Assembly (NCBI GenBank): GCA_965208105.1
Contig: OZ242318.1
Coordinates: 1,888,001 to 1,952,000, forward strand
Length of the DNA stretch: 64,000 nt
Direction of reading: 5' to 3'
Source: Candidatus Latescibacterota bacterium
Lineage (GTDB): Bacteria > Latescibacterota > UBA2968 > UBA8231
Shown here: piece after piece, positions 38,599 through 47,910 of the stretch
Numbering within the stretch: the stretch's first letter is position 1
How the letters are laid out: each line of letters opens with the position of its first letter
Notes under the pieces: model-generated
Databases searched by the model: none
What the model was told of the DNA's origin: nothing
Seen by the model: only the letters and a program-made list of their open reading frames with translations
Position numbers and translations under genes: made by a program

Positions 38599-39423
38599 TC
38601 AATCCTCCCCCAGGGTCATCCCTCCCGTCTCGGACTCCGCCCAGGCCCCGATCGCCATCATCCCGCCGTCCACGCACACGTACTCCCCGGTCATGAACGA
38701 TGCCTTGTCGCTGGCCAGAAAAACCACCACGTTGGCGATCTCCTCGGGCCTGCCGATGCGATTCATCGGGTGCGCCTTGCCCAGCAGCTCCTTCATCTCC
38801 GCTTCATCGACCCCCGAGGCTTCGATGGACTCGGCCACCATATTGGTGTCGATGGTCCCGGGATTGACCGCGAGTACGCGGATGTTGTTCTTGGCGTATT
38901 CCAGCGCCAGCTGCCGGTTCATGGAGAGAATCCCCCCCTTGCTGGCCGCGTAAGCCGACACCCCCAGTGCGGACTGCAGCCCCTGGACGCTGGCGGTGTT
39001 GACGATCACCCCGCCGCCGTGCTCGATCATCCCCGGCACGCAGAGCCTGGTCATCAGGAAATAGCTCTTCAGATTCACGTCGATGATGCGGTCCCACTGC
39101 TCCTCGGTCAACTCGTGGGCGGGCACGTAGCTGGCCAGGGGTTGGATCCCCACGTTGTTGCACAGCACGTCCACCGGTCCCCACTCCGACGCCACGGCCG
39201 AGACCAGCCCCTGGCACTCGGCGTTCCTGGCCACGTCGGCCTTGTGAAAGCGGATCTCTCCCGCCAGGTCCGCACCATCCTCGACGACCTTGCCGCCGGC
39301 ATCCTCGTCGATATCGGCGCAGGCCACCCGGGCGCCCTCCCGGGCAAAGCCCAGGCAGATGGCTCGGCCGATTCCCATGCCCCCGCCCGTTACGATAACC
39401 ACCTTGTCGTTGAACTCCGCCAT
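38599..39423 (-). CDS. Short-chain dehydrogenase/reductase
   Basis: TGGGMGIG, NNVG, YAASK, NPGTIDT and VDGG. Confidence 0.93.
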   Translation of the reverse strand: MAEFNDKVVIVTGGGMGIGRAICLGFAREGARVACADIDEDAGGKVVEDGADLAGEIRFHKADVARNAECQGLVSAVASEWGPVDVLCNNVGIQPLASYVPAHELTEEQWDRIIDVNLKSYFLMTRLCVPGMIEHGGGVIVNTASVQGLQSALGVSAYAASKGGILSMNRQLALEYAKNNIRVLAVNPGTIDTNMVAESIEASGVDEAEMKELLGKAHPMNRIGRPEEIANVVVFLASDKASFMTGEYVCVDGGMMAIGAWAESETGGMTLGED

Positions 39424-39492
39424 GACGCGCTCCTTTCTCAAAAGTTTTCCGCCGGAGCGAGGCCCGGGGGAATCCGTCGCGCTCCCCCGAAG

Positions 39493-39520
39493 TTGACCTC
39501 GCGGCAATAGCCCATATTAT
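39493..39520 (+). promoter_or_regulatory. Putative sigma70 promoter for the FIST gene
   Basis: TTGACC-16 nt-TATTAT. Confidence 0.5.
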
Positions 39521-39556
39521 AACAACGCGGAGCATACTTTTTCCAGGAGAAAATCG

Positions 39557-40747
39557 ATGCAGTGGGCCTCGGCTCTCTCGTCCCAGCCGGACGCGGGCAT
39601 GGCTCTCACCGAATTGAAGCGCGCCCTCTCCGAGCAACTGGACGGAGCCCGCCCGGACCTGGTGTTCGCCTTCGTCTCGCCGCAGTACAGCTCCAGCTAT
39701 GCCGCCATCCCCGACCTCGTCCACAACCATTTCTCCCCCGCGTGCTTCATCGGCTGCACCGCCATGGGAGTCATCGGCGGAGGCCGGGAAATCGAGCAGC
39801 ACATCGCCGGCAACCCGGCCTTCTCCCTGACCGCGGCCGTGTTGCCGGATGTCGACATCCGCGCCTTCCACCTCGAATCAGGGGACCTTCCCGACGCCGA
39901 CGCCGGCCCCGAGGTGTGGGTCGAGGCCCTGGGAGTCCCGCGGCAGCCCCGGGCCCACTTCCTGCTCCTCGCCGATCCCCACTCCTTCGACCCGCAGCCC
40001 CTGCTGATGGGGCTGGATTTCGCCTACGGCGACGCCACCAAGATCGGCGGCCTGGCCTCGGCCATGGAGGCGAACTGCCTCTTCCTCGACGGCGAGTCCC
40101 ATGGATCCGGACTGGTGGGCCTGGCGCTGCAGGGCAACATAGAGGTGGATACGGTGGTGGCGCAGGGCTGCCGCCCCATCGGCGAGCCCATGACCATCAC
40201 CGAGTGCCGGCACAATCTCATCATTCAGCTCGACGAGCGGCCGGCTGCCCAGGTGCTGGTGGAACTCTTTCAGACCCTCTCGCCCGAAGACCAGGAGCTG
40301 CTGCGCCACGCACTCCACCTGGGGATCGCCTCCACCGAGTTCAAGGTGAAATTCGAGCAGGGCGACTTTCTGATCCGCAACGTCCTGAACCTGGACCAGG
40401 AGAAGGGCTTCATAGCCGTCGGCGACGTTCCGCGCAACGGGCAGACGGTGCAGTTCCACCTGCGCGACGCCCGCACCGCGGCCGAGGACCTGGAACTCAT
40501 GCTGGGGAACTATGGCAGGAATCCGGCCCCCACCGCGCCGTCGGGCGCCCTGCTGTTCACCTGCAACGGCCGCGGAGAATACCTGTTCGGGCAGGGCAAC
40601 CACGACTCCGGGGTCTTCGTGGACAAGGTGGGGGAGGTTCCCCTCGGCGGGTTTTTCTGCGGCGGCGAGATCGGCCAGGTGGGATCCTCGACCTACCTGC
40701 ACGGCTATACCAGCTCATTCGGCATTTTCAGGCCCCTCGAAAGCTAG
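39557..40747 (+). CDS. FIST N/C sensory domain protein
   Basis: IGCTAMGVIG, LLADP, GGLAS, VAQGCRPIG, QFHLRD, LFTCNGRG and GFFCGGEIG. Confidence 0.92.
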   Translation: MQWASALSSQPDAGMALTELKRALSEQLDGARPDLVFAFVSPQYSSSYAAIPDLVHNHFSPACFIGCTAMGVIGGGREIEQHIAGNPAFSLTAAVLPDVDIRAFHLESGDLPDADAGPEVWVEALGVPRQPRAHFLLLADPHSFDPQPLLMGLDFAYGDATKIGGLASAMEANCLFLDGESHGSGLVGLALQGNIEVDTVVAQGCRPIGEPMTITECRHNLIIQLDERPAAQVLVELFQTLSPEDQELLRHALHLGIASTEFKVKFEQGDFLIRNVLNLDQEKGFIAVGDVPRNGQTVQFHLRDARTAAEDLELMLGNYGRNPAPTAPSGALLFTCNGRGEYLFGQGNHDSGVFVDKVGEVPLGGFFCGGEIGQVGSSTYLHGYTSSFGIFRPLES

Positions 40748-41319
40748 AGCCTGCGCCGGCCGCCCAGGGCTGCGCTGTGCAGGGTCGCGTACTCGGCCCC
40801 CCGCGGCCGCAGCCGGCTCTCCATCAGGTGCAGCGCCTCGACCTCGAAGGAGCAATCGGGCGGCTGCCGCATCCAGTCCCCCGCGGGCGGCCGGGCCCCG
40901 TCGCGCACGCGCCCCAGGGTCAGGTGCGGCCGGAATGCCCGGTCTTCCCCTTCCCAGCCCAGGGGCCGCACCATCCGATCCACCGCTTCCTTGAGATGCA
41001 CCAAGCGCCCTTGCGGATCCTGCAGGCCCACCCAGATGACCCGCGGCCGGCGCAGGTCGGGAAAAGTCCCCAGGCCCTCGAGCCGCAGCATGAATGGGGC
41101 GGATTCGGCAGCCGCCGAATCCAGGCCGGCGCCCAGGGCGGGCACCAGGTCCGGGTCGGTCGCCCCCAGGAACCTCAGTGTCAGGTGAATATTCCGCGGC
41201 CTCACCCAGCGCACGGCGCGCCGCGGCCAGCGCTCAGCCAAGGCGTCGCTCAGCCGCGCCAGCGCAGCCAGCGCGTCGTCCGTCAGGTTGACCGCGATGA
41301 AGGTGCGCAGGGGAGCCAC
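40744..41319 (-). CDS. thpR: RNA 2',3'-cyclic phosphodiesterase (2H family)
   Basis: RTFIA plus two HxT motifs (HLTLRFLG, PHLTLGR). Confidence 0.93.
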   Translation of the reverse strand: MAPLRTFIAVNLTDDALAALARLSDALAERWPRRAVRWVRPRNIHLTLRFLGATDPDLVPALGAGLDSAAAESAPFMLRLEGLGTFPDLRRPRVIWVGLQDPQGRLVHLKEAVDRMVRPLGWEGEDRAFRPHLTLGRVRDGARPPAGDWMRQPPDCSFEVEALHLMESRLRPRGAEYATLHSAALGGRRRL

Positions 41320-41322
41320 CGC

Positions 41323-42126
41323 TCAGCGCGCTCCGCAGGCCTTGAGGCAGGCGTTGAGATATCCCCTGCTCTCGGCGGCGATCGCCGCGACCCGGGGCAG
41401 CTCGTAGCCGCCGGCGCCGATGATCTCCAGGTTGGCGGCCACGTCGGTCCCGGCACCCTGCAGCACCCGGAGGTAGCCGAAGAGGTCTATGCGGCCGCGG
41501 CCGCAGCCCTGCATCTCGGGCGCTCCCGGACCCTGCTCTTCGCGGCTGAGGCAGTCGCGGATGTGGACGTGGCCGACCCGGTCCAGCACCGCCTCGAGCG
41601 CCTCCACCGGGTCCTCTCCGGCGCGGTAGATGTGGCTGGGGTCCATGTCGACCCCGAACCCCGGAGAGTCGATGCATTCCATGGCCCTGAGGGTGGTGGG
41701 AGTGTCGTAGATGCACTGGCCGACGTGGGCCTTGACGCAGAGTTTCACCCCGTACTCCACGGCCTTTTCCGCCATTCTGGCGATCAGTTCGGTCTGGACC
41801 CGGAAATCCTCCTCCACCCCGCTCTTTCCCCCCGGGCCGATATTCACCACCGGAATGCCCAGGGCCGCGGCGGCGTCATAGGCCCGCATCAGCCGGTCCT
41901 CGTCCAGGGCCGCCTCTTCCATGGCCAGCAGTTCCAGCCCGTATTTCTCCGACAGCTCCCGTATCGGCCGGACCTGGGAGGCGTAGCTGTCGAGCTGCAG
42001 GTGCTCGCACATGCCCTTGATGGCCGCCAGCTCCACCCCGTCGTACCCCGCCCAGGCAATGTAGCGCATGGCCGTCTCCAGATCGCATCCGGCAAACAAC
42101 ACTGAATTGGCGCCCAACTTCACCAT
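41323..42126 (-). CDS. Sugar phosphate isomerase/epimerase (TIM barrel)
   Basis: AGYDGVEL, DMDPSH, HVHIRD and NLE motifs. Confidence 0.85.
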   Translation of the reverse strand: MVKLGANSVLFAGCDLETAMRYIAWAGYDGVELAAIKGMCEHLQLDSYASQVRPIRELSEKYGLELLAMEEAALDEDRLMRAYDAAAALGIPVVNIGPGGKSGVEEDFRVQTELIARMAEKAVEYGVKLCVKAHVGQCIYDTPTTLRAMECIDSPGFGVDMDPSHIYRAGEDPVEALEAVLDRVGHVHIRDCLSREEQGPGAPEMQGCGRGRIDLFGYLRVLQGAGTDVAANLEIIGAGGYELPRVAAIAAESRGYLNACLKACGAR

Positions 42127-42325
42127 CGCCGCATTTCTCCCATGTTAAATTTGAAATAATTGGTTGATTTTACTGAATTACCGTCGAGGTAGTATAGGAG
42201 GGGACAACGGGGCCGTCAAGCACGTGCTTCGGCTCTGCTTGATGGGGCCGGAGCGGTCGTCTATCTTTGCGGGACCGCGCTTGGATCTACCCGCAGAGCC
42301 ATGGTTCAAGGCAAGGAGAAAAGGA

Positions 42326-43816
42326 ATGAAAACCGGAGCCATCTTCGAACCAGCGACCACCCCCGCCGCCGGCATCATCGACATCGGGGACCGCAAGCAG
42401 CACTTCCTCGACGACCTGCTCGTGGACGAGGCCAGCCGCGTCTCGCGCTACGCGAACAGGCCCGACAAGTATGCCGGCAACCCCATCATGGTGGCCGACC
42501 GGCCCTGGGAACAGGGCAAATACGGCGGGCGCGTGGAAGGTGTGGAGATCGTCGGACAGACCGTGCTCTACGACGAGGAGGAGGGAATCTTCAAGATGTG
42601 GTACGTGCCCTGGGCCTGGGAGGACCGGCGCCGGCCCTGGTGCTACGCCACCTCGGCCGACGGCTTTCACTGGGACAAACCCGAGCTGGGCGTGGTCGAG
42701 TACGAGGGCTCGACGCAAAACAACATGGTCGGCATTCACGGCGAGCCCAGCTACTACAACGTCTTCAAGGACCTCCGCGACCCCGACCCGCAGCGGCGCT
42801 ACAAGGCCCAGGGCGAGATGCACGGCCCCGGCGGCCACGTGCCGCCCGGAGGCATGGTCAACGCCTACTCTCCCGACGGCATCCACTGGACCTGCCACAA
42901 GAAGGCGGTGGTGCTCTACGGTCCCGACGTGGCCGACGCCTCGTCGGTTTTGGGCTGGGACCCCAGGCGGCGGAAATACGTCGGCTATTTCAGGCCGGGC
43001 GAACCCCTGGCCCACGAGATCGACGGCATCGGCAGGCACCGCCACATCCGCACCGTGGGCTACGCCGAGAGCGACGACTTCGAACACTGGACGCCGACGC
43101 GCCTCATGCTGGCGCCGGACGACAGAGACCGGGTCGACCACCAGTACCAGTACTTTACCGCCGCCCTCTACGGCGAGTTCTACGTCGGCTTCCTCATGGT
43201 CCACAAGACCCACGACCAGGTCTGGGACACCTTCCTGATGAGCAGCCGCGACGGTTTCCACTGGACCTGGGTGGACCGCCACGATCCCTTCCTCGGACGC
43301 GGCGAGGTCGGCACCTACGACGCGGGATACATGATGCCCTCGGGCCCAATCCTGCACGACGGCCGGATCTGGATCTACTACAGCGGCTTCAGCGGCGCCC
43401 ACAGCGCCAATCCCAGCAGGCTGGGCGACAGGGACGTAATAACCGTTGCCCTGGCCACCCTGCCCGAGGACCGCTGGGCGGGGCTTTTGGCCGGCCCCAA
43501 CCAGGGGCGGATAACCACGCGGCCCTTCACCTTCGAGGGATCGAGGCTCGTGGTCGACGTCGACGCCTCCCTGCCCCAGTCCATTCCCACCGAGACCATG
43601 AACTTCGACGAGTGCGAGGTGCGGGCGGCCCTGACCGATCCCTCGGGGGGCGTGATAGAAGGGTTCACCTTCGAGCGCTCCAGCCAAATCCTCAAGAGCG
43701 GCCCCCACGAGATAACCTGGGGGGAGGCGGACCTCTCCCGCCTGCAGGGCGAGGCCGTGCGCCTGCGCCTGGAAATCCGCAACGCCTGCCTCTACTCCAT
43801 CCAGTTCAAGGGATAG
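42326..43816 (+). CDS. Glycoside-hydrolase-like beta-propeller protein (paralog 2)
   Basis: QHFLDD, PWE, FKMWY, YATSADGFHWDKPELG, DPDPQRRYK, SPDGIHW and SRDGFHW; no signal peptide. Confidence 0.72.
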   Translation: MKTGAIFEPATTPAAGIIDIGDRKQHFLDDLLVDEASRVSRYANRPDKYAGNPIMVADRPWEQGKYGGRVEGVEIVGQTVLYDEEEGIFKMWYVPWAWEDRRRPWCYATSADGFHWDKPELGVVEYEGSTQNNMVGIHGEPSYYNVFKDLRDPDPQRRYKAQGEMHGPGGHVPPGGMVNAYSPDGIHWTCHKKAVVLYGPDVADASSVLGWDPRRRKYVGYFRPGEPLAHEIDGIGRHRHIRTVGYAESDDFEHWTPTRLMLAPDDRDRVDHQYQYFTAALYGEFYVGFLMVHKTHDQVWDTFLMSSRDGFHWTWVDRHDPFLGRGEVGTYDAGYMMPSGPILHDGRIWIYYSGFSGAHSANPSRLGDRDVITVALATLPEDRWAGLLAGPNQGRITTRPFTFEGSRLVVDVDASLPQSIPTETMNFDECEVRAALTDPSGGVIEGFTFERSSQILKSGPHEITWGEADLSRLQGEAVRLRLEIRNACLYSIQFKG

Positions 43817-43859
43817 ACCTCCCCTCGGGCGAGAGGGTCAGACCACAGGAGATGAGATA

Positions 43860-45356
43860 TTGTCCGCAGAGAACCTTGTAACGCAGCCATTCCTGGACTG
43901 GTACGGGGTCTGGCCCGGCCATACGGCCATTGATGAGAACGGCGAGGTCTGGAGCCAGGACCGACCCCTGGGCGTGTCCCTGAGGGTGCAGGAAGCCCGC
44001 AAGTCCGAAATCTTCATTCACCCGGAACATCCCTGGGAGCAGCGCAGCCTGTCCCCCATCTGCGTGCTGGCGGATGAAGGCATGCTGAAGCTGTGGTACT
44101 ACAGCGGCGGGCCTGACGGCGAGACGAACTACGTGGCCTATGCCGAGAGCGAAGACGGCTTCAACTGGCGCCGCCCGCAACTGGGGCTGCAGCAATTCGC
44201 CGGCTCGACCCGCAACAACCTGCTGTTCAAGGTCGAGGACTTCGAGATGCAGTCCGTCTTCATCGATCCCTCGGCTCCGCCCGGGGAACGCTTCAAGGCC
44301 ATGGGCCGCAGCTCCATCATCTACCACAAGGGCAAGGTCGTGCCGAAGATGAGCAGGGATGAAAAATGGGCGATCCGGCGGCAGATGGACGAGGCGGGGC
44401 TGACGCGGGAGCAGAAGGCGGAGGAGCTCTACTTCCACGGCCTGCTGCGCGGAGCGGTCTCGGCCGACGGGTGCCGCTGGAGCTTCCTCGAGGAGCCGCT
44501 GCTCAACGTGGGCAGGACCGGCCTCGACAGCCAGAACATAGCCAGCTATGACGAGGAGACCGGGACCTACGCCGCCTACCTGCGCGGACACAATCTCCGC
44601 CGCCGCTGCGTCCGCCGCACCGAGGGGAGCGAATTCGGCAACTGGTCGCCGACGCGGCTCGTCTTCGGCATGGACCCCCAGGACCCGGCCGACGACGACG
44701 TCTACAGCTCCGGATACTGCCGCTGCCCGGACAGCGGCCGCCACCTGATCTTCCCGGGCATCTACCACCGCACCTCGTCCTCTACCGACGTGCAGCTGGC
44801 CACCAGCCGCGACGGCCAGCTCTGGAGCCGCCCCGAGCGCAGGCCGGTGATCACGCGGGAAATCGGTGACGACAGCTACGGAATGGTCTTCGCCTACCCC
44901 AACCTGGTCCCCCTGGCCGAGGAGCAGTGGGGCCTGATGTTCTGCGGCATCTACGATCTGCACGATTGGCACAACCGCTACGACTCCGGCAAGCCATCGG
45001 AGTGGCGCTGGGCCCTCTGGAAGCCGAACCGGCTGGCCGCCCTGGAGGCTCCCGAGGAGGGCAGGGTGACCCTGGCGGAGCGGGAATGCAGCGGGCAGCA
45101 GTTGAGACTCAACTACCTGACCCAGAAGGAGGGCGGCTGGATCAAGGTGGAGCTGGTGGAGCCACCCGTGTCGCCGCCGGCGGAGGTGAAGGCCATCGAG
45201 GGGTTCGGCCTCGAGGAGGCCGACGTGCTCAGAGGCGACGAGGTCTCGGCCCCGGTCACCTGGAACGGCAACGGCGACCTGTCGGCCCTGAAGGGAAGGA
45301 CGATCTCCATCCGCATCCGCATGGCGCGGGCAAAGGTGTTCTCCACCGCCATGTGA
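43860..45356 (+). CDS. Glycoside-hydrolase-like beta-propeller protein (paralog 3)
   Basis: PWE, KLWY, YAESEDGFNWRRPQLG, SADGCRW and TSRDGQLW; TTG start after AGGAG. Confidence 0.7.
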   Translation: MSAENLVTQPFLDWYGVWPGHTAIDENGEVWSQDRPLGVSLRVQEARKSEIFIHPEHPWEQRSLSPICVLADEGMLKLWYYSGGPDGETNYVAYAESEDGFNWRRPQLGLQQFAGSTRNNLLFKVEDFEMQSVFIDPSAPPGERFKAMGRSSIIYHKGKVVPKMSRDEKWAIRRQMDEAGLTREQKAEELYFHGLLRGAVSADGCRWSFLEEPLLNVGRTGLDSQNIASYDEETGTYAAYLRGHNLRRRCVRRTEGSEFGNWSPTRLVFGMDPQDPADDDVYSSGYCRCPDSGRHLIFPGIYHRTSSSTDVQLATSRDGQLWSRPERRPVITREIGDDSYGMVFAYPNLVPLAEEQWGLMFCGIYDLHDWHNRYDSGKPSEWRWALWKPNRLAALEAPEEGRVTLAERECSGQQLRLNYLTQKEGGWIKVELVEPPVSPPAEVKAIEGFGLEEADVLRGDEVSAPVTWNGNGDLSALKGRTISIRIRMARAKVFSTAM

Positions 45357-45490
45357 CCTCGGCCCGACGCTCCCACCGGTGCCCGGGGAGAGCCCGTCCT
45401 GCCCTGATCTGCGGAAATCTCAGAAGGATTGGAAGGGTGGCGGCGAGCCCATTCAGAGAAAGAAACCCACTCAACCACAGGAGGGACAGC

Positions 45491-45910
45491 ATGTCTCCAG
45501 GCAAGGAGGCCCTGGCCTCGGACCTGGTCAATCGATTCGTCAACGACGCCCACGGCGACCTCGAGAGCGTCAAGGAGATGCTGGCCGCCGAACCCGCCCT
45601 CGTCAACGCCGCCTGGGACTGGGGCGGCGGCGACTGGGAGACCGGGCTCGGGGCGGCCGCCCACATGGGCCGCCGGGATATCGCCGAGTTCCTGCTCGAG
45701 AACGGGGCGCGCCTCGACCTGTTCGCCGCGGCCATGCTGGGCAAGCTGGATATCGTGCAGGCGGTGGTGGCCGACGATCCATCCGTCATCGACCTCCCCG
45801 GACCGCACGGAATCAAGCTCCTCGTGCACGCCCGCAAGGGCGGCAAGGAGGCCGCGGAGGTGGTGAAGTTCCTGCAAGCGGCGGGCAAATCCGCCGGGGC
45901 CGGCAGCTAG
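45491..45910 (+). CDS. Small ankyrin-repeat protein
   Basis: AHGDLESVKEML and ETGLGAAAHMGRRDIAEFLLENGA; AGGAGG SD. Confidence 0.85.
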   Translation: MSPGKEALASDLVNRFVNDAHGDLESVKEMLAAEPALVNAAWDWGGGDWETGLGAAAHMGRRDIAEFLLENGARLDLFAAAMLGKLDIVQAVVADDPSVIDLPGPHGIKLLVHARKGGKEAAEVVKFLQAAGKSAGAGS

Positions 45911-45946
45911 CAGCCCCGGTCTGGCGCCGACCTGGGCGCGCAGGCG

Positions 45947-47419
45947 CTAGGCGCCGATGCGATAGGAGTAGAAGTTGGCCGCGGCGTCCGCGTGGAAATG
46001 CAGGCGCACCTTGCGCCCCGCGAAGCGGGCGAGGTTGTCCCGCTGCGGTCCCCAGGTGACCTCGAAGCTGGTTTGATCGTCGCGCACCAATCCATTGCAG
46101 TCCTCGAAGGCGAATCCGTCGGGGACCTCGATGTCGCTGATGACCCGCACCCGCAGATTGCCCAGGTCGGCCGATCCCTTGTTGCCGAAGACGCCGGCAT
46201 TCAGATACAGCCTGGGACCGTCCACCTTCACCGGCTCGGTCATCACCTCGCCTCCCTGGGTCCCGCAGCGCAGGGAGACGAAGCCGTCCTGGCGCAGGGT
46301 CAGCAGGCCGATTCCGCCGCGATGGTTGCGGGCGTCTCCGTGGCGTCGCTTCCCCGAATAGAAGATGAGAAGCCTGCCGTCCTTCAGGATGGGCCCGTTG
46401 GCGGCGCAGGTGGCCCAGCCATCGTCCCAGGAGCCGGGCGCGCCCACCGGGAGGAAGGGCTCGCGGCGCCCGACCCGCTGCCAGCGGTCGATACTGCGAG
46501 CCGAGACCAGCTCGGTGATCCCCTGGTCCCGGTCGGTGAGAAACATCCAGACGAACCCCAGGTACTGGTTGCCGTAGGCGAAGGGCACCATGTTGTACAT
46601 CTGGTCGCGGCCGGCGTCGAAATCGTCCGGCTTCAGCACCGTCCGCAGCGGCGACCAGGTCTTGAAGTCGGCGCTGGCCGACACGGAGATCACGCGCCGG
46701 TAGCGCTTCCACATGAGGACGAAGTGATCGACCACCGTGTTGTAGCGCCGGGTTACCGCCAGGAACCGCTTCTGGGCGTAGTCCCAGATCATGGCGCCGG
46801 CATCGCCGCCCCGGGGGACGAACAGCTCGTCGTCCAAGGTCCAGTGGATTCCATCCGGTGAGAAGGCAGCGTACATGCCGTGGAGGTCGCGGATGGAGCT
46901 CAGGTAGGCCCGGCGTTCCTCCGGAGTGTTGGTGTGGTCGGCCCGGGGCACGTCGGCCTTGCGCTGCTGGTAACCCCCCATCTTGTAGCGCCGGGCCGGA
47001 TCGGGGTCGGCCGGGTCCTTGATTACACCCCAGGGGTCCATGCCCAGCTCGGGAGTCGAAGGCGCCGGGAAGACTATGTTGGTGGCCGCGGACCCCTGCC
47101 ATGGCACGATGCCCAGCTCGGGCTTGTCCCAGTGGAGGCCGTCGGCGGAGGTGGCATAGCACATGAAGTGGGCCTCGTCGCCGCTGTCGGTGGGTCCGAA
47201 GGTGTAGTACCACATCTTGAACAGGTCCTCGTCCCGGTCGTAGAGCACCGAGCCCCAGAGAGACACCGCATGCCCCTCCCAGGGACGGTCGACGCGCACC
47301 ACCGGCTGCAGTTGGGCGCGGGCGGGCTGCAGCACCTGGCGGGTGAATCCGGGATAGTCCTGGACCTCGGCATCGTCGACGAACAGGTGCAGGCCGGGGT
47401 CGTGGTGATTGTCGGTCAT
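45947..47419 (-). CDS. Glycoside-hydrolase-like beta-propeller protein (paralog 4)
   Basis: HLFVDD, PWE, FKMWY, YATSADGLHWDKPELG, DPADPDPARRYK, SPDGIHW and LRQDGF. Confidence 0.72.
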   Translation of the reverse strand: MTDNHHDPGLHLFVDDAEVQDYPGFTRQVLQPARAQLQPVVRVDRPWEGHAVSLWGSVLYDRDEDLFKMWYYTFGPTDSGDEAHFMCYATSADGLHWDKPELGIVPWQGSAATNIVFPAPSTPELGMDPWGVIKDPADPDPARRYKMGGYQQRKADVPRADHTNTPEERRAYLSSIRDLHGMYAAFSPDGIHWTLDDELFVPRGGDAGAMIWDYAQKRFLAVTRRYNTVVDHFVLMWKRYRRVISVSASADFKTWSPLRTVLKPDDFDAGRDQMYNMVPFAYGNQYLGFVWMFLTDRDQGITELVSARSIDRWQRVGRREPFLPVGAPGSWDDGWATCAANGPILKDGRLLIFYSGKRRHGDARNHRGGIGLLTLRQDGFVSLRCGTQGGEVMTEPVKVDGPRLYLNAGVFGNKGSADLGNLRVRVISDIEVPDGFAFEDCNGLVRDDQTSFEVTWGPQRDNLARFAGRKVRLHFHADAAANFYSYRIGA

Positions 47420-47820
47420 GGATGGGCCTCTTTCCGTTTGATGCAGCGAAATGGCGGATGCGCCGCTCCCATTCAGGGACCGGCGGGGGCAGGTGAGAAG
47501 GTAGGCGCAGTTTGCCCTCCCTTCAATATTTTTCTCCCGGGACCCAGTTCCGAAGCACGGGCGGCGCGGCGAAATCAGCCCCCTGGAACCGCGGCTCGCC
47601 TGCCTTGCGCCTGGATATGCCCAAAACTATCTTGGTCGCGGCCTCGTCGCGGCCGCGAGGAGACCATGGGACCGGAGGCAGCTCCAAGTCCCCTGATGAG
47701 GTGAATGGGCAGAGGCGGCGCAGGATGGAGAGTCTCCCGCCGCCTGACGGCGGCACCCTCCTGCGGGCTGACAAACGACGATCGAAGCCTTCGATGGGCC
47801 ACTCATTCTTTCCCATGCGC

Positions 47821-47898
47821 AGCATCTCCTTCGATTCCGCCCACGAGGGAAGCGGGCGCCAGATCTACCGGATGGACATTTCCGAGGCCGTGGGGTAG
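47821..47898 (+). pseudogene. C-terminal remnant of a TolB/PD40-like propeller gene
   Basis: SISFDSAHEGSGRQIYRMDISEAVG* resembles a final PD40-type blade; coding-like codon usage only in this stub. Confidence 0.45.
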
Positions 47899-47910
47899 GC
47901 CGCCGCCATC

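Noticed and set aside
40744-40747. CTAG shared by the convergent FIST and thpR stops as a MITE site
   Set aside because: Flanks show no similarity to the MITE ends; a simple 4-bp stop overlap
39562-42105. 847-aa plus-strand ORF, and similar long Arg/Pro/Gly-rich ORFs (11493-13319, 30023-31888, 47803-49899)
   Set aside because: Off-frame or antisense overlaps of well-supported genes with low-complexity composition
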